Part shown: one piece after another, positions 54,698-64,000 of the stretch
How the letters are laid out: each line of letters opens with the position of its first letter
Position numbering within the stretch: position 1 is the first letter of the stretch
Source: Rebecca billardiae RCC1528
Lineage: Eukaryota; Protista; Haptophyta
NCBI GenBank assembly: GCA_965240325.2
Contig: OZ251229.1
Coordinates: 1,922,001 to 1,986,000 of the forward strand
Direction of reading: 5' to 3'
DNA length: 64,000 nucleotides
The notes under the pieces: generated by a model
What the model saw: the letters and a program-made list of their open reading frames with translations, nothing else
The model's database searches: none
What the model was told of the DNA's origin: nothing
Position numbers and translations under genes: made by a program

Positions 54698-55685
54698 GGA
54701 GGCGGCCCTTCTCGGCGCGCTGGACGCCCTGTCCATCGAGCATGAAATCTACCGCCACGCGGCGGTGAAGGACGTGAAGGAGGCTCTTGAGGTGGAGAAG
54801 TCGTGCGGGCTTGACGCGGTCGTCGCGGCCCGCACGAAGAACCTCTTCTTGACGGACAAGAGGAAGACGCGCCGCTGGCTCGTCTCGGCATCGATTGAGA
54901 GCAAGGTCGATCTGAAGCAGCTCACCAGCGCGCTGCAGACGACGGACCTCAAGTTCGCCTCCGACCTAACCGAGACGATCGGTCTCGCCGCGGGCTCGGT
55001 GACCCCTTTTGGCGTGCTCAACGACAGCGCGCACAAGGTGATCTCGGTCGTCGATCAGTCGCTGCTCGACGGCTCGCGCGGTGCACGCGTCCTCGCGCAC
55101 CCGATGCACAACGAGGCGACGGTGAGCATCTCGGCGGATGGTCTCCTCAGCTTCCTCCGCTCGCGGCAGCACGATCCGATCATCGTGCGCTTCGCCGCCG
55201 ACGGCGCGTGCGAGGTGCTCGCATCGCCCGAGCAGCCCCCCGTCGCTCAGCCCGCTGCCGCAGCTGCGGCGGACGGCGCAGCTGCGGCGGACGGCGACGC
55301 GAGCCAGGGCGGCACGGCGGGCGATACGTTGGAGCTGTCAAAGAAGGCGCAGAAGAAGCTGGCGAAGGGGCGCGTGAAGCTCTCCACCATCGAGCAGAAG
55401 GAGGCGGCGAAGAAGCAGGAGAAGCCGCGCGCCGCGCAGCAGGGCGCGACCGCGGCGAGCGTGTATGGCAAGGTGGAGGCTGCGATGGTCGATGAGCTGC
55501 TTGGCCGGATCCGGGAGGGCGCGCTGGCGCTGGGCGAGGGCGAGGGCGCCGAGCTCGAGCTTCGCGAGCAGCTCGAGCGCATGATCGCGCCGCACATCGC
55601 CGCCGTGCGAAATGCGGGTTACGTCGAGGGCCACAGCGCGCGGCAGACGCAGCCGGCAGTCAAGAATCCGGTCCTCAAGTTCTGA
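54696..55685 (+). CDS. prdX: PrdX/ProXp-ala (YbaK family) aminoacyl-tRNA deacylase with Lys-rich C-terminal extension
   Basis: TKNLFLTDK, GSVTPFGVLND, HPMHNEATVSI. Confidence 0.85.
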   Translation: MEAALLGALDALSIEHEIYRHAAVKDVKEALEVEKSCGLDAVVAARTKNLFLTDKRKTRRWLVSASIESKVDLKQLTSALQTTDLKFASDLTETIGLAAGSVTPFGVLNDSAHKVISVVDQSLLDGSRGARVLAHPMHNEATVSISADGLLSFLRSRQHDPIIVRFAADGACEVLASPEQPPVAQPAAAAAADGAAAADGDASQGGTAGDTLELSKKAQKKLAKGRVKLSTIEQKEAAKKQEKPRAAQQGATAASVYGKVEAAMVDELLGRIREGALALGEGEGAELELREQLERMIAPHIAAVRNAGYVEGHSARQTQPAVKNPVLKF

Positions 55686-56912
55686 GCCAGCAGCAGGCGC
55701 GGTTGGCCGCGATGCCCGAGCAGACGGGTGGCTGCGCGCACCGCAGATTCTGGCCGACGGCTGCGGCGAGGCGCCGATGCGCTCGACAGCACGCGATCGG
55801 GCCTTAACACTCTCGCCGCACCAGCAGCCACCACGCTTGCCCCGGGGCAGAGCAGATGCCGATGCGGCGACGCGACTCTGACGCTTAGCTATGATACGTC
55901 CACGACATCGTCAGGCGGCAGTCTCCGACTCCGCCCGGGGACGTCTCAACCCAGCGGTGAACGGAGTGCGACGGACCATTGAACGGTATAGTCACAGTAG
56001 TCAGCATCACTGAGCAGGCACGGCCGCTCTACTGCTCTGATAAACTTCTAGCTTCCGAGATAGTACTACTAACTACGCTCTACAGTACGACAGCACGGTC
56101 GTGATCTCAGACGAAGCAGAACTCCGACGATGCCGATCGGTATGACGGAGAATCATATCCATGACGATCACCGGGTTACCAGTCGGACCGCCCACTACAG
56201 TAGTGGCGGGCCCGGGCACTACTTACTCTCTCGGCGCCGTGATCCGCGTGCGCGGATCGGACTCCAGCGCTAGCAGTCCACTGCTAATTCAGATATTACT
56301 ATACTCTGAAGTCGCTCAGAGTTAGTCGCTAGCTGTACGAGTATAACGACGGAGTACGGTCCGCTAGTCGTCGTCCAGTGCCGTCGGCGTTACACAGTGG
56401 CAGTCAGTCACTGATTGCGCCGCATCTGGCGGGCCCCAGCCCGCCGGTGGCGCTGATGGCACCAGTGACTCTGACGAGTTGTGACGACGAACTAAGTCTA
56501 ATAATAGCGCAGCTGCTAGTCGTTAGTAATGTACTACGACGACGATCGACTGATTCTGTCGATCGTCACGCACTTCTAAGTAAATGAACGGGTCACGATG
56601 ATATTCGAATTCGTTACTCAGAACGGCGGCCATGGCGCCGGTACCCGCGGGTACGCGGCGGGACCGCGTTGCCCGCCGCCGCCCAGTAGTTATCGAGACG
56701 ATGCCGAGTCGCCGATGCCGGCCCCGATGGTACGGGTCGGAGCTTATCATTAACTGCTGCTACTCGGCGCGCGCGGACGATGTCTCTGGCTAGTGGCTCT
56801 GAGCTACGCGCGCCGCCTACGCGCATGGCCGATGCCCGATCGGCGGGATCGGCGCACCGTGGACTCGAGGCAGCTCCGCCAACTGCTGTTCGTCGGCCTT
56901 GCTCGATGATCA

Positions 56913-58200
56913 TCACGCAACGAGTGGCTCGCCGGCGCTCGTGCAATCCTTCTCGGCAACCAGCGAAGCCAGCATCACCCGGGCGCCAGGAGAGCCGTCC
57001 CACCAGCGCCGCGCGTGCATCATCTGGTAGTTGCAGATGAGCGCGACGTCGCCAGCCTGTGCCGGGTGGGTCGGGGGCGGCGCGTGTGCGTTGGGCAGGC
57101 ACGCAGGTCAGGGAGCGCGCGCGAGCGGGCACGGCGACCGGAGCACCGCACCGCGCACCGCCCCCTCGCCCCACCGGCGCCGGTGCGCGCACCTGCCACT
57201 GCAGATCGACGGCGTTCTCCTCGCACAGCCGCTTGGCGTCGAGCAGCACTTGCAGGTCAACCGAGGAGCCGTCCGCAAAGCGCACGCACTCGTCGATGGC
57301 CTCCTGGGTGGGCACGTCGTGGAGCGGGTCGAAGCCGCCGCCATCCTCGCCCACCTTGGTGAACTCGAGCGCGTTAGCCGTCGTCGCGATCAGCTGGTTG
57401 AAGAAGCACAGCCGGTCGGTGCCGGGCGCCGCCTTGATCGCGTCCAGCCGAGGCGTCACGCAGCGCAGGCAGTCGTCGCTCAGCTTCGCGCCGCCCGGCC
57501 CGACGCCCCACTGCCACTCCCAGCCGCCGGCGGCCATGCGCGCCTCGCACTCCTCGCGCGTCTCGACGTGGAAGAACGAGCGCCACGACCGCCCCGCCCC
57601 CTTCGACGTGTCCTGCGCGGGCCCCGCGAACACGGTGTACCGCACGCCCACGCTCTCGCACTTGGCCACAAACTCCGGGTGCGCCTCGCGCAGCTGGCTC
57701 AGCACGACGTGCGAGGGGGTGAGGCCGGTGGCGCCGCCCGTGCCGGGCGGCGCGGGCGTCTCGCAGCAGAAGCACACCTTGCTCGGCCACAGCGGCGTCT
57801 GCGCCTGCTCGTGGTGGAAGACGAGCCCGCCGCTCTTGCCTTCGTTGGTCGTGCAGATGCGGTTCGCGCGGCGCTTGCGCACCGCAAACGACATGGAGCG
57901 CTCGTACGAGAGGTCGTCCCAGCCCTTGAAGGCGCAGACGAACGCGTCAAAGTCCTCCGCGCCGCGCAGCGGGAAGCCGCGGAACAGCACGGCGCCGTGC
58001 TGCGTGAGGAGGGACTCAAGTGCCCCTTGCTCCTGCTCCACCCAGCGCGCGACTGCCGGCACGTCCGCGCTCGGGTTGGCGCACTCGACGATGAAGGGAA
58101 GGGTGACGCCGCCGTCGAAGGCACGCTGCTCCTTCATGGCGCCCACGCGCCCGAGCGCACCCACAGCGGTGCCGACACTGAATGCGGGCGGCGCGACCAT
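56913..58200 (-). CDS. TauD/TfdA (clavaminate synthase-like) 2OG-Fe(II) dioxygenase; exons 58200-57193, 57056-56913
   Basis: HGAVLFRGF, FHHEQAQ (HxE), FFNQL, and spliced WQ|AGDVALICNYQMMHARR...RVMLASL. Confidence 0.9.
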
Positions 58201-58585
58201 CGCGGCTGCCGAGACGTTGGACGTCGTCACGTCCACAGGAAGCCTCGCGGAAAGTTGCGTTGTGACGGTTGAGCCGAAACCCGGCAGGGCAGAGGCTGCG
58301 CAGGTAGCTCTGCAGCGCAGCCACCGATTTCGGCGCACGAGTCGAGTTTACTCCGTTTACCCGCGTCCGACCTTGCATGGCGTCGACGGTGACCAATGCG
58401 ACGGAAGCGCAGCGCCAACGGCGTACGACGCGCAGCGGACGCACCTCCCGGGTCTGTCGCCGTGGCAGCAACCGCGTCTTCGCGAGTTGGCGACCCTCGC
58501 CGCAGCGCGACACAGACAAGCCCGTGATGCCATCCGCAGAGAGATGAATCGTCGAGCATGCAACATCGACGCGCCATCCTCGTCC

Positions 58586-59200
58586 ATGGCGCAGGCGCTG
58601 CGGGACGAGGCAGAAGTCGTCACGCCGGTGACGGATGCGCTGCGATTCGTGTGCCTGCGTGAGCAGCTCGTGCCCACTCTCGATCGCGAGTGGCACACGC
58701 TGTCGCTGTGCGCGCGCGCGCGCACAACCAACAGCTCCTCGTGCCGCCAAACACACGGGCGCCAGACCTGTCGAAGAGGCGAAGAGCGACGACCGCGTGA
58801 ACGTCAACGCGCTCGTGCTCAGCCTGGCGGCCGTGTACGATGTCAACGCGACCTGCGCCGAGCCCATCATGCCCGGAGCGGACATCGGCAAGCGTCCTCG
58901 CGACGACCGCTCTCGGCCGGCGGCAGGAGGACATGCACACGATCTACTCTGGCGGCTTCGTCGGTGGCGAGGCGCTCGATTACGCCATACGCGGTCGAGA
59001 TGCGGCACATACAGCGCGTACCCGCGCTCGCGCGGAGCAACGGGCTACCCGCCCCGCCCCGCGTGCTGCACATTCCCTCGTGGGTGTGGGCCTCGCTGAT
59101 GCGCACGAACGCGTACCGCACCGCGCCTGGGAGAACTTCACACAGGTGTCACTGGTCCGACTGTCCGTCACCCGGCCACGAGCGAATGCTGTGGAAAGAC
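58586..59200 (+). pseudogene. Possible frameshifted Ulp1/C48 protease-like fragment
   Basis: DMHTIYSGGFVGGEALDY in one frame and RVLHIPSWVWASL in another loosely resemble the start of a Ulp1 catalytic domain. No catalytic residues are seen. Confidence 0.2.
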
Positions 59201-60079
59201 GCGAACCCGCAGAGGAAACATTGCGACAGCACTGGCACGGCCCGCCGACCCCCCCGCCCGCCAGGGCACAGTTTGTATCGAAGTGTACCAGTTCGCACCC
59301 AGATATGTACCAGCAGGTGTACCAAATCCGACCAAGATGTACAAAGGCCGTGCGTGGGTGCGCGCACACAGTCACGCGCAGTGGCGCGGGCGCAGCGCAT
59401 TCGAGCGATCGCGCACGCGTGCGCGTTCCGCTCGCCCACCGCGCGCGGCCTGCCGAGCGCGCACGCGCGCGCATGACGGCATCCGCCGGCCGGCGACCGC
59501 TGCGGCCGGTGGCGCATCAGGCCGGCGCGGCCGACCTCGGCCTGCGCGTCGTCCGCCGGCGGCCGCGCCACATCTGCCGTTAGGCCGGGCGCAGCAGCGG
59601 GCACGCCACCTGCCGTGTGCGGCATGCTGGTGGCTGGCTGCTGCAGCAGCCAAGCCGCCGCGTGCCTCGCGCTGCCGTAGTCAGCTTGCCGGGTGGCCAG
59701 GCGCGAGTAGAGAGGGGTGAGCACGGCATCGCCTTTCCCACCCTCCTTTGCCGTCCCCAAGCTTGCGAAGACGGGGTTGATTCGGCGGATGTCCGAAGTC
59801 ATCATGACGGCCTCGACATCGGTGTCGCGCTGTTCGAGGGATTGCTCGAGCTCTGATACTGATAGCGCCCGCTCGGCACCCACTCGGCCTCCCGCAGGGG
59901 CTCGTCGTGCTTGAGCTCGGGGTCAAAGTGGTCCGTCCCGCGTAACGTCGTCGAATAAGGCGGGCGTCGATGTCGAGCATGCCCACCATGTCGATGATGG
60001 GCGCACTCGTGCCCCGCACGACTCGTCTAGTACATTGGGAAGCAGCCGAGTCAGCCGCGATCGCGGTCCGGCACCCTGA

Positions 60080-60415
60080 TCGGTACCATCAGCGATTCTG
60101 GTACATCTTGGGGATGAGTTGGTATGTACGACATTTGGTAGAGTTGGTACATTCAAAAAGGTACCAAAATGTACTGAAAATGTCGTCGTACCAAAGTGTA
60201 CCATGATGGTACACCCAATGATGATGACGACATTTGGTACATTGTCAGGATGCTTTGGTACACCGATTGGTATGTGACACACAGTTGGTACACTATGAGT
60301 CTATTGTAATTGGTACATTTGGTAGCTACATCTCTGATGACTACTGTACATGCATGTACCAATCCGCAATCGTGTACCAATTCTGTATCAAAGTGTACTG
60401 TACCTGCATGGTACA
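60080..60415. repeat. Dense bidirectional array of TGTACCA/TGGTACA motifs (smaller cluster at 59281-59345)
   Basis: Many GTAC-cored motifs in both orientations in an AT-richer tract. Confidence 0.7.
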
Positions 60416-60771
60416 TCCGCTGACCGGCTGAGCTCGGTAAGCTACACTCGTCACTCCTCATTCTGAGCTCGGTTTGGTCCGCCCATCATTCTAGACTCCG
60501 CAGTCTGTATATTATTTGGCTTAAAGTTCCAATAATAACTGATTGAATCTAACTGAGACTACGCAGAGTACGGGCCGAGCTCCAGTCTAAAACGTCGCCG
60601 TACTGTGACACTGATGATTCATCATGATGGCGCAGCAGCAGCGCCGGCTGAACACCCAGTGCCCAGCGCACTGTGGCCATGGCTGACGCTGGGCACGGGT
60701 AACTTTGCTGCGTGCGCTCAGCTCGGGCCCGCGGACTGACTCGGCGCTACAGTAGCGCAAGCGTGCCAGAG

Positions 60772-61326
60772 TCAGCTGCGAATGATCTTGTTGAGCGTGA
60801 TGTCGAAGAGGAGCGTCGCGTCCGGGGGAATCTCCGGTGGGGCGCCCTTCTTGCCATACCCCAGGCTCGGCGGGACCTCGAGGCGCGCCTTCTCCCCGAC
60901 GCGCATCCCCAGTACGCCCGAGTCCCACCCTTTGATCACGTCGCCGGCTCCGAGCGTGAAGTTGAAGTTCGCCGCGCTGTCAAATTTGGAGCCGTCCGAA
61001 GCGAGCGTGCCAACGTAGCGCACGACCACGTCATCGCCTCGCACAGCCGCGTCGCCGGAGCCTTCCTTCAGGACGGTCTTCTTGACTGTCGTGCCCTCGC
61101 GTGGCGCAATGTGCACGCCAGGCAACGAGAAGCGCTGGCCAGTCTGGACGAGCTTGCCGTTCTTGGCCCCCGTCGCCAGCGCTTTCTTGATCAGTGTCGC
61201 CGATACTTCCCCATAGGTCTCCTTCACACACTTGGCGATGGCAGGACGTGAGGCACCACCAGGCTCCGCGAGTACTCCGATTGAGCCAATGACCTTGTCC
61301 AGCACCGTGCGCGCCGGCGGCGCCAT
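60772..61326 (-). CDS. Linker histone H1 globular (H15) domain fused to an FKBP-type peptidyl-prolyl isomerase
   Basis: N-terminal IGVLAEPGGASRPAIAK...LIKKALATGAKNGKLVQTGQRFSL. C-terminal VRYVGTLASDGSKFDS, FTLGAGDVIKGWD, GMRVGE, LGYG, IPPDATLLFDI. Confidence 0.9.
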   Translation of the reverse strand: MAPPARTVLDKVIGSIGVLAEPGGASRPAIAKCVKETYGEVSATLIKKALATGAKNGKLVQTGQRFSLPGVHIAPREGTTVKKTVLKEGSGDAAVRGDDVVVRYVGTLASDGSKFDSAANFNFTLGAGDVIKGWDSGVLGMRVGEKARLEVPPSLGYGKKGAPPEIPPDATLLFDITLNKIIRS

Positions 61327-61524
61327 CGTGCGGAAATGATGAGTACAGTTTACTAAGAATAAGAGACGCACACAGCTCAGGCAGGCGAGATTGTATCGTA
61401 AAGACTCTTCGCCCGTGGAAGTCGGAAACGTCTGCTGGCCTGGGCGCCTAGCTCACCAGCACGGCGTTCTGCGTGCACGCCGCCGGACCAACGCCCGCAC
61501 GTCTCGCCGGCAGCAGCGACGACG

Positions 61525-61872
61525 ATGGCGCCCACGCTGCTTTGGCTGTTTGGTGTCGTGAGTGCCATTAGAAGCATCCCAACGCACACGAAGCTGTCGA
61601 GTCGCGTGTGCGTGCGCACTGCATCGCCCTCTTCGCCCGACGATTTGCCTGCCAACGACCCGCGTGGGGTGACCGGCCGCTTCTCTGTCTTTGCGCCCAA
61701 CGCGACCGAGACTGTCACCGTGTGCGAATTTCGCGCTGGCTTGAAGCAGAATTTGGAGGAATTCCGCACGCGTGGCACAGTGGAGGAGCGGCACGAGCGC
61801 TACCAAGCATCGAGCACGTACCTGGATGCGCTGGCCCATACGCCCCCCGAAGATCTTGAAGGTGAAGATTAA
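61525..61872 (+). CDS. Small hypothetical protein with signal peptide (possible bipartite plastid targeting)
   Basis: MAPTLLWLFGVVSA followed by a Ser/Thr/Arg-rich segment. Divergent from the H1-FKBP gene. Confidence 0.5.
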   Translation: MAPTLLWLFGVVSAIRSIPTHTKLSSRVCVRTASPSSPDDLPANDPRGVTGRFSVFAPNATETVTVCEFRAGLKQNLEEFRTRGTVEERHERYQASSTYLDALAHTPPEDLEGED

Positions 61873-62266
61873 CATCAGTAGTATACATTCACCAGATCGC
61901 TTGGAGACATATTTAGTACTGGCAGACTTCCCCCCGATAGACGACTACATCCGAATGACGCCAAGAAAGTTCAACCGGCGTGCACCGGCTTACTCACGGT
62001 GCCAGCAACAAACAATCACATGAATGGGAGCGGACGCCTACGACTCGGAGGTACCGTACGACGCGGCCAGCCATCATGATCAATCACTGCTGGCAGCAGG
62101 CGCCGGCTGGCCGAGCTGTGCAGCTGCGTGGCGCCTGATGAGTGATGCGGGCTTATTGTTCAATCGTTACGAGAGTCCGGAGCCACGGCCACGAGCACGT
62201 CAGGCCGCGCGTCCGGCAGTCCGAGTGAGTATCGGTTCGGGTTACTCACTTACCGGCGTCAGTAAG

Positions 62267-62267
<1 letters not shown>

Positions 62268-62336
<69 letters not shown>
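62268..62336. repeat. (TA)n microsatellite
   Basis: Directly visible. Confidence 0.97.
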
Positions 62337-62338
<2 letters not shown>

Positions 62339-62927
62339 CATATGTATACATATTCCGATCTGCTGAGCTACTCCGTCTCCGCGTGCCGAGTTCAGAGGCG
62401 ACCAGCCGTCCACCTGTGCGCTGGCCCGGGGCCGGTGGCTAATGATGAGCCTCATAATGAACTCGGCAGCGGGTACTTATAGAATGATGGCAATAATAAC
62501 CGTTATACTTAATAACTTAAACTAGGCTGCGCCTATGACGACTGTAGTGACGAACAATACTCTCAGGCCGCGGCCGTTCTGCTCAGCTAGGCCGTCTCAG
62601 CGATTCGTTGATTTCGGGCCGAGTCACTGCTAGCGACGAGACACTGACACAGTGACACTGACGAGTCGAAATTACTATACATGAGCAGTCGTAATATGTT
62701 TCGCATGCCTCGAGTCGTAGTCGATACGATGATCTCACGGAGTCTGCCGTGTCGGCTATACGGTACTCGGTACCGGGCGCAGCCTACGGCCACGTGGCAC
62801 TGGCACGCTGGGCATTAACGCCCACGTCTCGCGGACCGCCGCGCGTATAATTTAATATGCGCCACGCGCGCGCCGTAACTAGTTACGTATAGTGATGATA
62901 TTTTTCAATATATATATATTAACTAGC

Positions 62928-62929
<2 letters not shown>

Positions 62930-62986
<57 letters not shown>
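62930..62986. repeat. (AT)n microsatellite
   Basis: Directly visible. Confidence 0.97.
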
Positions 62987-62988
<2 letters not shown>

Positions 62989-63142
62989 GCTGTCGTCGTA
63001 ATCCCGTGACGACTTAGTCTGCATAGACTTAGTAGTGAGACTTTCGTTTATTAACATGGCATCGTCATTCGTCACTAGACACTCCGTACTGTGTCTCTGT
63101 GGCTCCGACAGACTTGGGCAGTCTCCTAGCCTACGACTCTTA

Positions 63143-63426
63143 TGGCCCGCGGTGCAGGGCGGAGCGCGCAGCGTGGAGCCCGCACCAGCGGGCCCGAACC
63201 ACGTTTCAAAAAGATCTTTGATCAAGAAAAAAGGGACGGGGGGCGGCGGGAAAAAAGGGACGGGGGGCGATTTTTAGGGCTGGCGGAGACCGAGTTTCGA
63301 GTTTTTGAGATCGCATAGAGAGGTCTATTAGGCCGAAAAAGAGCGCGCCCACGATATTCCCTAAGTAAAGTGCGATCTGGACGTCAGCCGGACGTGACTT
63401 TAGCGTAACGGTTCGTTACGAGCGAA
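63143..63426. mobile_element. One end of a second member of the Harbinger-like family; the other end is not in the window
   Basis: TTA|TGGCCCGCGGTGC terminus. About 100 bp are essentially identical to the reverse complement of 19175-19274, then similarity diverges out to about 63426. Confidence 0.8.
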
Positions 63427-64000
63427 TCGTATTCGTCGTCCCGGATCGCGTGACGTCCGGACTGGGCCACATCCGGATCGTCGGAGGTGACGTGCCCCGG
63501 CACGATGGCGTCGGATGCGGGACGGCGCCTGCACGTGCCTCCGGACCCGCCTCCCGCTTGCTGCTCACGCAGTCAGCTGCGACCGTGGCGCATGATCGCA
63601 GAAGCAGTGCCGGCAGTACGGCCTGCATCAGCTAGTGCCGCGCCGTCGTGGCGCGCGCGGTACGGTTGCGCGTTTGCAGCGCTCGCCGCTCGGCGACGGC
63701 ACGCGCGTGCGGCTCAGGTGTGTCAAATGCGGTCTCGTCGGCGCGCTTTCGCCTGCCACCTCGTGCACCCGTGCCGCCAGTTTCATCGTCTTCATGAGGA
63801 CTGCTGCTGCTGTCGCCATCCGCTCTCCATCACCCCGAGTCGCGCGCGGCGCGCGCGGTAGGCACTAGGGCAGGGCGTACGGTCACTCACCCGTGCAACG
63901 GGTCAAGTGGCCAGAGTACGTCTGGTCGTTGGCTGGCACGGGCCGCAGCGCTGAAGCACCCTGCTGTCACACCCGACTCCTTCAGTACTCCGAGCTCCGC

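Noticed and set aside
19006-63426. A single 44-kb giant transposon bounded by the inverted repeats at 19.2 kb and 63.2 kb
   Set aside because: The termini face the wrong way (each element body points away from the intervening DNA), and the 19-kb copy is a complete MITE with its own TSDs.

Overview
This is very GC-rich, intron-containing eukaryotic DNA. The introns are short and (GC)n-laden with GTGCGC/GTGAGC donors, and genes often sit in compact head-to-head pairs. That style suggests an alga, possibly a Pavlovophyceae-type haptophyte (inference only). About 20 protein-coding genes can be spliced by eye: J-domain protein, secreted RTX-repeat protein, sulfotransferase, hybrid histidine kinase, Hsp110, UBA2-like RRM protein, TRF4/PAPD5-like nucleotidyltransferase, Kelch-Rab fusion, TPT-family transporter, two convergent M43 metalloprotease paralogues, DUF5690-like membrane protein, ARM-BTB protein, TBC1D19, prolyl 4-hydroxylase, tandem universal stress protein, a multi-TM protein, PrdX/YbaK deacylase, TauD-like dioxygenase, an H1-globular-domain/FKBP fusion and a small signal-peptide protein. 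Four non-autonomous DNA transposon types with TIRs and TSDs are visible: piggyBac-like (TTAA), Harbinger-like (TAA), a CACAG-ended CMC-type element, and an unclassified 4-bp-TSD element nested in an HTH/USP-protease remnant. Three of these cluster in an island at about 16.5-21.5 kb. The most notable observations are an intronic C/D snoRNA in Hsp110, the H1-FKBP and Kelch-Rab fusions, an active/dead M43 protease pair, a eukaryotic RTX protein with repeat-registered introns, a recently shuffled ARM array, and RSS-like transposon ends. All assignments come from motif recognition; no database searches were run.
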